Shown piece after piece: positions 12,041-25,408 of a stretch of DNA of 54,618 bases. The stretch covers positions 1 to 54,618 of the forward strand of contig MQRK01215724.1 in NCBI GenBank assembly GCA_001938485.1, in the 5' to 3' direction. The notes under the pieces were generated by a model. It made no database searches and was not told the DNA's origin. It worked only from the letters and a program-made list of their open reading frames with translations. The DNA comes from Girardia tigrina. Taxonomy: Eukaryota. Numbering within the stretch: the stretch's first letter is position 1; every line of letters starts with the position of its first letter. A program made the translations under genes and the position numbers.

Positions 12041-13677
12041 ACTTTATATATTTTTTAATTATATTATATATTCTAGAACGTTTTCTTGTTATACTGTAAC
12101 ATAAAGTTAAGCATGATGTAAAAAATATCTATTTAAATTTGCTTCTGTTGATTTTCAAGGGGATTGATTAGAATAATTACGTATTCAACCCCGCTATTGA
12201 AATCAACAAGGGAAGATTCAATTTAAAATTAAATAGATCTTCTAACCGCTTTATAAATATTTGAGTTTGTATTTAATAAACTTTGATGTGTACTTGATAT
12301 TTTAATAACAAATGTATAATTAATACTTTAATTTATAAATTTAAATTAATGAATAATAACACAATTCTTTTTAAATAAAAAGATATTTAGATATTCACAA
12401 AATTACAATATATATTTCTTTAAAGGAAAATTGATATAAATATAGCCTACGTGTGTAATGTAGGAATTAGAATGGTCACAAAACTTCGTTTGCAGACAAC
12501 CGATGATTTTTTAAGATAGATAAATATTATTATTTTATTATAAAAAAAATATTATTACTGATAAAACAATTTTAAAATATTTGATTTTTAAAATATAATA
12601 AATTATGAATATTATAAATTTGAATGCTCACCAAGCGTTGAGAATTATGGTTATCATAATATAATATATTATATTATATTATAATATAAACAATATAAGC
12701 GGTAATATTTAAAAGATTAAATTAGGTTTAAAATTTAAAATCTCAGTGAAAATTTTATTGTCAAACTAAAGAATATCGAATTCTCCGATTAAAACAAATT
12801 TCTTAAAATTGAAATTGAAACTAATGTTTATTTTATTGTCACTTCTCGAAAGTCAGTTTACAACAGGCCGCCACTGTCGACCTGGGTCTTTAAAAAGATT
12901 ATTCTCTCTCTTTTCTTTTGTAAAATTAAATTTTTAATGCAGCAGTCATTCTCATATTTCATATCTTAACATATATTAATTTATTCAGTTAGTTCTGCTT
13001 GATATAAATAATTTAGAAGAGATTTGGGCAAAAAGCAATCTACTTATGAATTTGTTTGGATTCACTAATTCTTCACTTAGAAACTGCAATTTTTATTTTA
13101 ATATAAATAAGGTATAATCTTCATTGAAGCCGTTCAAATGAAGATTTCGAATTTCTATTTAACTAGAATTCTGATAAATTAATAGAAATCAATTTAATAC
13201 TAATATCATACATAATGTTATGAAATAAAATCTTTATACAGAAAAATTATTCTTATCATCAGGGGATAATATTTCTAATTGTAACATAGCATAATCCAAT
13301 ATATATAAAATATTTAATCAAAATTCAAAATGGCATAGGAAACGGAGTTAATCCACGAAAAGAAGTGGCCAATGGGGATAGTCCGTGTAAAAGTGGTTAT
13401 AACGGAATGCTAATTCTTCCGTTAGAATCATTTTTAACCAATGAATAAAAAAATAAATAACAATAATTAACATTAATAACAAAGATAACTTTTAATCAAA
13501 AAAATACATGAGAAAAAAAATACATACTCGCTATCATAATCAGTAATAACAGTTTATCCGAACAGTAAATCCGAAATGTTAATTCATTTTTTAATTCCTC
13601 ATTATTATTATCATTATTGATTGGCAAATTTTAATGTCTATTGATCGAATTATTTTTGGCTTTTGCTTGGAATTGGC

Positions 13678-13996
13678 TGTAATGTCGTGGGATTCGTTAT
13701 TGGTTTTTTTTCTCGACATAAAATAAACTTTGTATTTATTTGTCAAATAATATTAAAACAATATTCATTTCAATTCAACAAATTATCCCAATCATTTGGA
13801 ACACAAAAAACTAAAACATAAGGTGATTCGCTCTGCACCAAAATTGTGTCGCGGCCGCACATTCACATTGGCCCCGAACTGTGGCGTCAACAATCAATAC
13901 ACAAATAGCAAACAACAATATGACAAATACACAAACATACCAATTTTAATACCGGCAAACACAACATGCGACCCCTGAAGTAGTGGGTACACTACA
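13678..13996. mobile_element. Possible solo LTR
   Basis: Termini TGTAATGT...ACACTACA and composition distinct from the flanks; no matching TSD. Confidence 0.35.
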
Positions 13997-14899
13997 GTCC
14001 GCATCAAGATGGTTTTGTCGTTGCAGCGCCTTTGCCAAAAGACGCTGGGCAGCCAAGGAATTAGATCAATAACGGTGCTGGTCTACCAACTGTTAAATCA
14101 ACACGGAATTCGAATAATGCCAATTTTGATGATTCCTACAAGGAATTCCTTGAGTACATTTATGAAAATGCTAATAACATTTTAATTCAATCGATAAATG
14201 ACGAATTAGATAATAATTGAGAGTTCATTATGAAGAAATTGAAAATTTAAAAAAAATTAAAGTGGAACAATTTCAAAAACTAAAACAAATAAAATTAAAA
14301 AAATACAAAATATGTTATTACTTTAATTTTGTTAAAACAATTATTTTTCTTATATATTTTAAGATTTCTAATAAATAAATCTGTTTTCGTTACTAGGTCT
14401 TAAAATCTCCATGATCTTCATATTAAAAAAATGGTTAAAATTACATTATGTTATTTAAAATGTTATATTTGTAAGCATGGAAAAACCATTGATCTGCAAG
14501 ATCATAACGCTTTACCGCTGTAGTGACCACTAAATAGCACGAAATCGTTTTCTTAAAATTTTCTCAAAAAAATGTAATTCACAAAAGAAAAATAATTAAA
14601 TTCAAAGTAAACAAATATTAATATTAATCAATTTTCACCTTTTGTTAAATTTCTTTAAATCAGTAAAACATTTTCATCCATAAAAAAAGTTTTTTCTTGT
14701 TTCAATAATAAAAATTTATTATCAATTATAAAAAGAAAATTCGAGAAAAGAAGTTCGAATTGAAAATCAATAGAACAGGTAAAAAATGTCAGGCACAATT
14801 TTTGTTTAATTGAAATTAATGATTTCTTTGCTATAAAAAATTTGTAATTACGTTTTAGTTATATCATTTCTGTTTTTTTGCAGTTTTGTTCGATAATTA

Positions 14900-15400
14900 A
14901 ATGTCTCTTCTTCGTTATTTCAAGTCGTGTATGAGTCTCTCTAAAGCTGTCTTTAAGAACGATGACTTCAAGAACTACCACTAAACGGAAAAATTGGATG
15001 TTTTCTCTGTCACAGAAATTCCCAATTCGATTTAAACTATTTAATCCATACGTAGTCGAATCGATGCGAAGGTACCGCGCAGGAAAAGACCGGTCAAGGT
15101 TGTCATTCTTGTCGGACAATGGTATGACTTCGCAAGGGGCTAAATGGCAGGCCACATGTTACATCTCGCAAGCCAACGAGTGCCTGTAATCTTCATGAGA
15201 TATTTATCTGACTTGTCTCCGTCGTGTTGCAGAATCAGTCCCTCGTGAACACAGACTGGGAAACTCGGTACTAATTCACGGCCAACCATCAGGCTAACAT
15301 AACAACTGCTTTCAGCGTATTCCTCAGATGTGGTCCCATTGGATCTTTACTTATTCACATCTAGAAATTATTCCTTACACAGAAAAATTTTTACTAAAAA
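14900..15400 (+). mobile_element. Highly decayed mariner-like transposase fragment
   Basis: NGRPHVT (DNARPH-like) and SAYSSDVVPLDLYLF (YSPDLAPSDY.LF-like) in different frames. Confidence 0.45.
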
Positions 15401-16029
15401 TTATGCTATCAAAATCTTTGTGATACATTTTTTGCATACGAAGACAAAATGTATCATGAATAATGAAGTTAACGAAAAGGTAAAATAAAATGATTGACAA
15501 AAATATAGTATTTTGAGTAAAATTTTGTACAATCATGTCCTTTTTAATATTTAATGTTTTTACATTTCTCCAATAGGGTATGTCATACTAATGCTCTATT
15601 TATTTTTAATGCAGTGTCACTTTTAGTACATAATATGGAGGGGTAGCTAGCACTCTTTAGTTTGGGTGAACCCTCTAAAGAGCGTAGTGGCTCAATACCA
15701 TTTGAAAGAAATGGGAGGCCCACATAATGACGAATTCTGAGTTGGTTTGCATAAAAAAGAACTGGAAAATCATAGCTAATGTTTCTTAAAATTGACTATT
15801 TTAGGTATTACATTTGATATAATCGATAATAATTCCTGTGTGATTTATTTTTAATAAAAAATCAAATAAGGAAACTTCTTGCTTTGTGATTAATTATTTA
15901 GTATCACAATTTGTGAATAAAAACTATTTTTTCGGTAAAAATCAACTAATTTAGTTAAGAAACTTTTCATTGTCGGTAATTAATCTAATATCTCTTAGAA
16001 AAGAAATAGTGCAAGCAAGCTCATCGGAT

Positions 16030-16276
16030 TGTAACCGTAATTATTCAATATTGTGGTGCTTTTATCCACGTAAGTGTGTTGATCAGTACATGTGCGTTTG
16101 ATAGTGAATGTGCATTGTTATTTATTCAGTGTCTATGGTGTGTTTTTGCTTTATGGCGTGTTTGTAAATTTTGTAAATGTATAGTACTATACAGGTTTGT
16201 TTGATGGTGAATGTGATTGACCTGATTATGTGCGACTTCTGTCCTCTTTTACATGAGTTGTACATACCCTGACAAC
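16030..16276. mobile_element. Possible short solo LTR
   Basis: Termini TGTAAC...ACAACA and a TG-rich strand; TSD not convincing. Confidence 0.3.
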
Positions 16277-17049
16277 AGGCGATGTGTTAATTCATTTAAA
16301 TGTTATTTTTTATTCATATTTTTTTTAGTTTTTACGCAAATAAATAAGATGAAGATAAAGAAGTTGATAAAGAAGAAGTTAAAGAAGGATGGACAAACAA
16401 GATAATGAAATTTCTATTTTTTTTATATTGTTTATTTTCCATCACATTAATTTGTTTTTTATTATATTAATTCCATTGCAATTATCCTGATAATTAAATT
16501 GTCATGATAATTGCAATTTGATTCAAAATTTAAAAAATTAATCAATGGAAAAAATAATATATTAAATCATAATACAAGAATACCCGACTACCAAAAAGTA
16601 ATAATCCGTAATTAGCCAGAATTGTCAAAAGAAGTCATTAATCCTTTTCTGAGAGTTATTTAAAAAAATTATACGAACGGTACTATTTATTCGAACTATA
16701 CTGTTATTTGTGATTTGACTCTAAACCGTTTTTTTGTTATGTGATAAGTAACTAATTATTTAGCGTTATATGATTTACTGATCCTGTTAATTCAAGTTTA
16801 CAATTAAAGTTATTTTGATTATTATTTACATTATTATTTTTTTACAACCAAATTCATCAATAATTTTTTTTGATCAGTGTGGTTTGCTTATTATTTAATC
16901 ATACTTTTAAGAGTAAAAATAGCGATTCTATTGTTTACCTGCTGTTTAATCAGAATCGTTATGTTTAAAAATATTATAATTGTATCTTCTTTTGCTTATA
17001 AAACCAGACCATCTTTACTCACTAAGCTGAATGACTATCATATATTGCC

Positions 17050-18720
17050 AAAAAAGTTCCTGTCGACTGAGTTCCTAACCATATGTGACTACTCGCAACG
17101 ATGCTTCGATCTAGTGCAAGATCATATTATAATGCATATAAAAGATTTACGCAATATTCCACTACTTTTTAGATTACAGCACGCTGGTCAAGTTCTAACA
17201 ACGAGCTGATGAAACCTGTTATTTGTGGTTTAAGAGCAATAGAACTAAGGATTAGTCAGAGTTAGTCCATATTCTCAGATATAGCTCTAAAAGTTTACGA
17301 AATTCTGTCAAGCAACAGTGGGAGACAAAACCTGACATTGCTATGAGCATGTGTAGGATTGTTCATTACTATTAAGGTGATGACTCATCATTGATTAGCC
17401 TTGTAAGAAAACTAGTTGTGACACCAATATCCACTGCCTTTGTAATTGTGATTTGAAATTAAGACTTCCAAAGATAGAGCTCTTTTGGATCAAAAGCCAA
17501 CGGTAAAAGAAGGCAGTGTTTCCTTAATGCAACTGTTCAGCCAAAATGCTAAAGAGACCTCAAAACAGAGAAAGAAATTCTTGCACAAGTCAACAAACCA
17601 AACATGGCATAATCAATACGTGAAAAATATAAAAGCAAAGCAAATATGACAACCAACCATTTATCTCTGTACCTCCACCTCCATTTCCACTGTAACGTTT
17701 GATGCTGATGATGTTGGAAATGACATGAAAATAATGATCCTAATGATGCAATACACAGTGAAAGTGCAGTTATACAAGAAACGATATTTCGGGTTAGAAA
17801 GGTGACATACTTCAATTTCTTTACTAATCTTTAATTGTAGACTGTTTAGTCTTTCTGATGGTTTCACACCAATGAACTGTCATTCCAAAATATTGTGGAG
17901 GCACTCGATGGACCAAAGTATTCAGGTAAAGGCCTGTCTGGTACAGTTTTTTAGTGTTTTAAAATGTTGATACTATAGATAGAGAGGCTGATTTTGAGAC
18001 AAATCTGCTGCTAGAACGTCTTTTTGATATCAGTAAGGTTATTCTTAAGCAAAGGAACACGGGCAGTGTAGTAGGATGTAAGTAACTTCCTGCAATAGTA
18101 AAAATCAGCTCTTAAATGTGATTCGCTGTTCTACAATATTTGGCTTACTTGTATTAACATGTGTGATCTTAAACCTGACAAAATGGATGTCTTGAAGCTG
18201 ATTACGACATGAGTACCAGAAGTTTACATACCCATGTTCTTTGAAATAAAGATAAAACACAATATCAGTTATGGATCTTGTTATCTAATAACGTTTGGAA
18301 GAGACAAAATTCAAGGGTCAAGGATGCCTCAGAGCCCTACTTAAAAAGCAAATTCTGGAGCACCTATTTCTCGGCTCTATTCAGAGAATCTTTTCCGTTT
18401 TCAAAATAATGATAAAAATGACTGAATGTGAACGAGGATCTACTGCAATTTGGCCTTGATATTCCAAAAACGGTAAACATCGATGCTTGTGACCTCAAGA
18501 TGACCTGATTGATTGGGAGGAAGAGACCATCACTGAACCAGTTTGCAAAGCAAGCATGACTTTGGCTAAACTAAATGAATTGAAAGTTAAACCCCTGGAG
18601 CTTCCTCCATATTCATTTCACACTCAAAGTCGGGAGAGTGCAGTCAAATGGGTTACTGAGGCGTCTAAATCAGTTTTTGGTTGGGCCAAGAGGACATCAT
18701 TTTACGTAAACAGTTAGTAA
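17050..18720 (+). mobile_element. Decayed DNA-transposon transposase, probably hAT superfamily (hATm-like)
   Basis: Fragments FHTNELSFQNIVEALDGPK, VYIPMFFEIK and FHTQSRESAVKWVTEAS resemble the LH.NELP.RH..LDG, VY.P.WF.IK and CHTQ.VER.VK.VTEAS motifs. The family assignment is from recalled motifs. Confidence 0.55.
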
Positions 18721-20167
18721 TCGGGAAGGGATGAATTTTCTTAAAAACAAAAAAACTGAGTTAAAGTTTTCCAAACATGAAAATTATATATTGAACGGAG
18801 TTTTTCTTCTATTTATCTGTATTTCAGTCATTAAAAATGTCTGATAAACACATGAAGTATCTACGCTATTTCATCACCTACTTGTTCTTATACTGAAATT
18901 ATTGTGATTTACTCGCGTTTCATCACTTATAGTACACGAAAACGGTTTTAGTTTACTTCCAACGTGCTTTGAAATGATTAAATTATTATTTATTAATACT
19001 TAATGTCTCTAGACGGTCATTTAAAGGCAAGCTTAATATATTTAATAGGAACATTATCGTATAACTTTCGTTTACACTTTCCTATAGATAAATGCAAATA
19101 TTATATATAAAAAATACAAAAAAACTCGAAAAATAAAAAATATATTTTCCTAAAATATTACATGCGCTATTGACCTAATCTCAATTTAGGCAATGCGTAG
19201 TAAACAATTTTCTGTCTGATTTAATTTTAACAAATATAATAAATAAAATAAAAATTTTTACAAATAATTATTAACACATTTTCACAATAAAAATAAATAC
19301 GTAACAATTATTTATTTATAAATTATCTTCGAATAAAATCGGCTACACAAAACATTCCAATGTCAAAATATGCTCGGCAGATTTATTCATCCAAATGCTT
19401 TGAAAATTATTTGTAATACTAAAAAAATAAATAATTAAATAAAATTATTTTTAAATATGTTAAAAAAAGAATTATTTTGTTAAATAAGGTTAAATGTTGT
19501 AATTTTATTTTGCCTTTTTTGCTTCCTTCCATAATTCATCACAGACTGAATAAAATATTATTTTCTTTTTGAATTTTAATATTATTTATTTATATTTTCT
19601 TTGTAAAAACAAAAATAAATTAATATTTGAATGACATTTTATAATTTTTCAATAAATACAATAATATTAACAAATAATTATTAATTATAGTGTTACTTTG
19701 TTTTTTAGATTATTAATAAATATGAGATTTAATATTATTTATTTATAGAAAAAAATGTTTTTATTAAAAAAATATTTTTTTGATGTTGATTATTTCATAT
19801 TTTCATATAATATTTTACCGCTTTTAATTAATCAAAAACAACAAATTATTAATAATGAATGGTTCGGTATAATAATAATAAAAGAAATATTTTTTTTATT
19901 TTTTTTGTTTTAATTAAATCAAAACTGTTAACTGTAGTCTGTTTTAATATTTATTATCTGACATAAATCCATTTTGCTAAAAGAACGCTTTAATTAAACC
20001 AAATATAATATAACATTTATATTCTAAACAAAATGTCCTTTTATTTCATTTTAAAATAAATTAAGATAAAAAAGTACTTTTAAATTTTGATACAATTTTT
20101 TTATTTATTTATATAAAATTTAGTTGACTTATGCTGTTTTAAAACTGATTTTAATAATACTCTTAGA

Positions 20168-20213
20168 ATTATTATTATTATTATTAATATTATTATTATT
20201 ATTATTATTATTA
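20168..20213. repeat. (ATT)n microsatellite; a (TTA)n/(TAA)n palindromic tract also lies at about 20660-20708
   Basis: Directly visible. Confidence 0.9.
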
Positions 20214-20830
20214 ACAACATCACAATTTGAATGCAAACATTTCTTGACAACACAAACAGATTCTTCACAACAATTTTCAGTGGTCATCTTTCTTTGATTG
20301 ATACAGTTTTTGTTAATATATTCAAATCTAAAAAATCAATGAATGGGAAAGATTAATAATAAATTTTAATTTCTCATAATTTTTATTGGATAAAAGTCAT
20401 TACATAATTTTTTAAATAAACATTAATTTTTTAAAATATGTTACATTTAATAAGTTAAAATCATTTACTGAAAATATCATTAAAATTCATAATTATCAAA
20501 CTTTAATTAATTAGTACTTAAAATTAATATCATTAAATTAATTTCATTAGATTTAAAATAATCAATCAAATAACTTATCAATCCCATCTCAGTTGGAGAG
20601 TCACAAATCTAAACAGCATACAAACAACAAACTTACAACATTCCAAATTATCCCTCACAATAATATTATTATTATTATTAATAATAATAATAATATTAAT
20701 ATTAATATTTTTTGAAGTAAATTTATAAGTATCTGAAATTTTTTGACTAAGAATTTCTTTTTAAGGATAATGGATTTTATTCGAAAAACATAATTTTAAA
20801 GCAATAATTTTTGATATTACTCTTCCTTTA

Positions 20831-22373
20831 TAAGCCTCCCCCGACTGTTACGGATAACTGAGAATTACAAATAATAATCAGCATTGGCGCACAGGGTAGA
20901 GAATCATAGACTCTGTATCGGGTAGAAGCCATTTAACAAATACAAAGTTTTCTGATCCTCTCACACGGCTTCAGATGCAAGAGTGCGAGCTTTCAATGCA
21001 AGGGCACGCTTCGGCTTTCTTCTGAGAAATAACCAGTCATGTTCCTTCGTCCCGGGATTCTAGAGACTTTTGGCTGCATAAACGCACTTTGTGTAATGGG
21101 GAAATGGGCAATGAAACATTCTCTTATATACCTTTGTATCCGGATTCCCTAAGATACGCAGTTCAAGATAGTCCGTTCCATTTTTCTTAAAATTACCAGT
21201 GTTTATGGACTCCTTAATCGCATTACTGAGATCAATCATCCTTTCTAGCTTCCAATTCCTAATGGAATTTCTTTCCTTGTTCCGCGCTCCTCTCCAGTGT
21301 TGAAAATTCTCAGGAGAAGGGTGCAATGTCCATTTCTGCCTTTTATGGTTTCTTTTATTAATGAACTGACTCATTAAAGTTTTATGTTCATGTAATCAAT
21401 TTTCTTTCAGAGTGGGACCTTTTACCTTCCAATACCTGTCCGATAATTTTGTAATTAACTTCTCTGAATTATTCCATCCGGGTTCAGTATCAACAATTAT
21501 ACTTTGAAATTGAACTGACAAAAATTATCGGTTCTTGATAACCAGATCTTTCTGAACTTTTTTAGGTAGTCTAGCTTTAGGTTTCCAAGCCATACGTGCG
21601 GTTTTATATCTTTTCAGATACAAAACTACGCAATCGAGATCAGAGTCGCAGTCATAAAGATGTTTGCATTGAACATCTTCAACTTTACCCATATTGTCTG
21701 CATACACTAAGAAGTAATCAATAAGGTCCCTTTTCATTGTCCCAGAATGGGTCCAGCTACTGCTTTACATCCATTGTGACAGAAGAAAGTGTTCAAAACT
21801 TTCATAACTCTCTTCTAGGCCAGTAATACTAATATTTTCCCATTGTCTGATGTATTTTCACAGTGTGCAAACTTTCCGACCATGGGTACTGGATCCTCTG
21901 CGTCATAGCTTATGCAACAGTTGAAGTCTCCTCCCACAATCGTCATAAACCCCAACTATCTGGCTTCGGTCTCTGCTTTAATAATCACGGCGGTAAGAAG
22001 GTCAAAGAAAGTAGTTTTCTCATCGTCACCGTATCCACAATCGGTGGGCGCGTAAGCACTTTCCGAGTTTGAAAAGTCTTTCTGAGAAGGCTTTAAACTC
22101 GATATCAATTGTAGGTAGTCTGGTCAGTAGAACGACACCTCTTTCTCTTATCTGTCCCCTCTTTGACTCACTGTTGTAAAAGGTTCACTTATTGTACTTT
22201 TCCATCACGACGCCCCATTTATGTGTTTTTGTTAGGATAGCTACTTCAGCATTTAATTTTTTAAAAGTGTTTATGACGCATAAAACTTTTTCGATATCGA
22301 AACCACAAACATTCCATGTACAAAACTTTAAACCAAAACGCGAACCCCCCCAGAGGGACACCGAACGGTCCAC
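20831..22373 (-). mobile_element. APE-type (RTE-like) LINE, 5' part, decayed and 3'-truncated at the start of RT
   Basis: The ORF starts LKFCTWNVCGF..EVAILTKTHKW (APE TWNV and ET motifs), continues LIDYFLV...DSDL (IDY..SDH), and ends near the pre-RT KA.G.D region. Confidence 0.8.
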
Positions 22374-22498
22374 AATTAGCCCGAGATCCTATTGTTTTTC
22401 GAGCGATCTCAACGTTCTCTATATTTGTCAAATTTTTCGTTGCAATGGGATTTTAAGGTGGTGACTCATGGATTGCAAGCCCTTGCTGAGAGGCACCT

Positions 22499-22555
22499 CT
22501 TCTCGAGTTTGGTTAGTTATCTAGTACCGCGACGAGGGCGCATCGAGAAGGCATC
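22499..22555 (-). ncRNA. Degenerate compact HDV-like ribozyme in the LINE 5' leader
   Basis: Minus strand: GATGCC(P1)-TTCTCGAT(P2)-GCG(P3)-CCCTCGT(L3)-CGC(P3')-GGTACT(P1')-AG-ATAACTAAC-CAAA(J4/2)-CTCGAGAA(P2'). P1, P1.1 and P4 are imperfect. Confidence 0.55.
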
Positions 22556-22600
22556 TAGAATATATACTCATATAAACACATATCTCTCAGTCCCAAGTTA

Positions 22601-22663
22601 TTCCCTGACTAGAAGTCGAACCTTGGGCCCCTGTGTGCAAACAGGAATCCTAACCGCTAGACT
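22601..22663 (-). pseudogene. tRNA-Glu-derived sequence (5' acceptor strand missing)
   Basis: GTCTAGCGGTTAGGATTCCTG-TTTGCAC-ACAGG-GGCCC-AAGGTTCGACT...GTCAGGGAA closely follows eukaryotic tRNA-Glu. A and B boxes are recognisable; the anticodon loop is damaged. Confidence 0.8.
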
Positions 22664-24076
22664 CTTTCTTAAACGTTTTTTACAACATTAGAACTAACTT
22701 AAATACATAAATTTAGAAATCAATAATGTTTCGGAATTTAAATTATAAAATATCTATTGCAATATTTATTTACGAATTTCCATGTCTCCTTTCCCGTGGA
22801 CGATTTAAATCAAAATTTTTCTGTTATATTTATGGAATGAAAATTGATAAAATATGCACTGCATTAATGCTTTATATATAAAGATATATAAATAAAAATA
22901 TTTAATTAAATTAAGTAAACTAAGTAAATGAATTTAAATAAAATTGAGAATTGTTCAATTTTTGAACAATATTTAATGACTCATTGGGTCAAATTCCGAG
23001 TTAGTTGTTGTAATTAGCCAGTTTGTCGAGTAATGTAATGCTAACTTGGTTGGCCAATCAAAGCGAGCCTTGAGCCAGTCAAAATGTCTTAATTTTTAGT
23101 CTTGTTTTTTGGTTTCAGAAATTTGTGATTTAATTTGTCGAGCTTTTGATTGAAATTTTGTAGAAAGTCCGACTGAAATTTTTTGTTGGATGTTAACTGT
23201 TTGATATTGTTGTCGATCATCGATTTGATTTCTGAAATTAGAAGAATAGTAATTATTTTGAAAAGAAATTATGCTCTAGTTACTGATTAGATGAAATTTG
23301 TCAAACTTTGATTTATTAAAGAAAATTTATAGAACCGTTATTTTTGAATTTGCATTACGAATTTTACTGAATCAGATAAAAAATATTTTATCACTCGCTG
23401 AGTGAACACCGAATAAAATGTACCCAGTAAGAACACAAAAAGCCAGTTTTTCAAACCAGGATAACTTTGCATCGGTCAGAATAAAAAATTATTTTTATAG
23501 GAAGTGAGATTTTATTTTAGAAGAAAGATTGGAAACAAACAAATCATTAATATATGATTAAAAGTATAATAAATCGTATTAAAATGTTGTTTTATTTTTC
23601 CCACCTCATTTAACTTCAACTGACACTAAATAAGTAATAATTCAACGGTAATTACTTTCAATTGGTGAGACAAAACGAACTGATGGATACGTCAGATTGA
23701 ATCAAATGTATTCCCTCAAGCAATAATATAATTTTAATCACTTTTGAATGTAATAAATTTTTTTTCATTTTCTAAAAAGTTTATGTTATCGTAAAATAAA
23801 CTTTTATAAATATAATGATAAATAATACTTGGGTTACTTATTTATTAATTTATTAAATATTTTGGAAAAGAATAATTTTTTTTTTAAAATACAAAATCAT
23901 CACGGAATAAATATTCCTACTTTTAGATTTTAGTTATAATATATAAGCAATAAACACTTTTTATCAAATGTTTCTACCTCAGAAAAGAAATTCAGAATAA
24001 GAGAGTTACCTACATGTTATACTATTTCTAAAGATTCTAATTAGTAAACATTTCAATTTAAAGGTCAATGTAAAAA

Positions 24077-24295
24077 ACTGATTTGTCAATAGGGTGTGAA
24101 TGATAAAATCGTTATTTTAACGTTTAAGTAAAGTACTAAGTTAACCAAAACGTTTAATTTGGTGAACACAGTAGTAAATTTTATTTTACTGATTTGTCAA
24201 TAGGGTGTGAATGATAAAATCGTTATTTTAACGTTTAAGTAAAGTACTAAGTTAACCAAAACGTTTAATTTGGTGAACACAGTAGTAAATTTTAT
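24077..24295. repeat. Perfect tandem duplication of ~108 bp (period 111)
   Basis: ACTGATTTGTCAATAGGG...GTAAATTTTAT occurs at 24077 and 24188. Confidence 0.95.
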
Positions 24296-24544
24296 AGTGA
24301 AACGTTAACAATTGTATTAACTACTTATATGACGAAACTCATAAATTCTAAGAATATAATTAAATCAGTTATTTAGTAACAAACAATTACTAACAATGAT
24401 TACTAAGATAATTACAATAATGTTACTTCTCGATCAAAATAACGGGTACACCGATCGATGATTATCAGGATAAACATAAAATTAACTAACATTTTAAGAT
24501 AAAATAAAGTATTTGGATTAAAAAAATTGTATATACACATTATA

Positions 24545-25408
24545 ATAAATATTAAAGGACCCGTCATGTATTACTGCTACACTTTTGTCTTTCATAGTTT
24601 CTGTTTTAATTTTAAATCGTAATTATTATTCTTATGTATTATTTATAGTTTCGAATTCATGTTGATTTAAAAGACGGTCGACCTGCATGATTTTTGGCCA
24701 ATTTCGATGGCTTCCTGGCGTGTTTTGTGTAAGTTGCAGGATTGGCAGAACCGCTTTGAAGCGGGCTACGTAGATAACCACGTCCTCTTGGGGATTTGCT
24801 CTTGTACCTCCGAAATTTTCATTTTATTAGCATATTTATAATTGCGGGGTCATTTGAGAATGACCTGCAAACATTATATTACATTGATATTTAACAATTT
24901 AATTTATATTCTATTAGTAATTATTATAAAATTCCTCATGAAATTCCTTGTCGAAAAAATCCAAGTCGACATTATTCGAAATAAGTGTTGATTTAACAAT
25001 CGGTGAACCTCCATTGATTTTAGTTTATTTTGTCAGCTTCCGGCATCTTTCGGCATAGAAGGTGCACCGAACGAACTGCCTAGATAGGGGCTGTAAGCCT
25101 CTCCCGACTAGACGGATAACTGAGTATCATAGAGACTACAGTACAGGCGTTGGTGTACAGAGTAGTCAGCCATAGACTCTCTATTGGGTAGAAACAATAA
25201 ATAGACAATTCAGAGCCTACTGATTTTCTCCCGCGGCTTTAGATGCAATGGGAGCTTTCAGGCAGATACGGGCTCTTCAGATTGACCACGTCCTTACGTG
25301 GATTTGCTCGGATTCCTCCGTAATTGCAGATTTTGATCATAGCGTGACCTGCAAACCAACAAACAAACAGACAAACAAACTGACTATTTAGATAAATATA
25401 TTATATAT
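24545..25408 (-). mobile_element. Non-autonomous Helitron-like composite carrying captured fragments
   Basis: The minus-strand 5' end has a (TTTG)n/TCTG microsatellite (about 25353-25380). The sub-5' block is repeated at about 24773-24872. The 3' end ...ATACATGACGGGT resembles the hairpin of the Helitron at 48134-48161 but lacks a clean CTAG. Confidence 0.55.
25082..25275 (-). mobile_element. LINE RT fragment homologous to 20831-21000
   Basis: Shared TAAGCCTC.CCCGACT...ACGGATAACTGAG...CATAGACTCT.TAT.GGGTAGAA; translates as SKAAGENQ followed by a YRPI-like motif. Confidence 0.75.

Noticed and set aside
24077-24295. Functional tandem duplication
   Set aside because: Identical copies without coding or structural signal; may be an assembly artefact.
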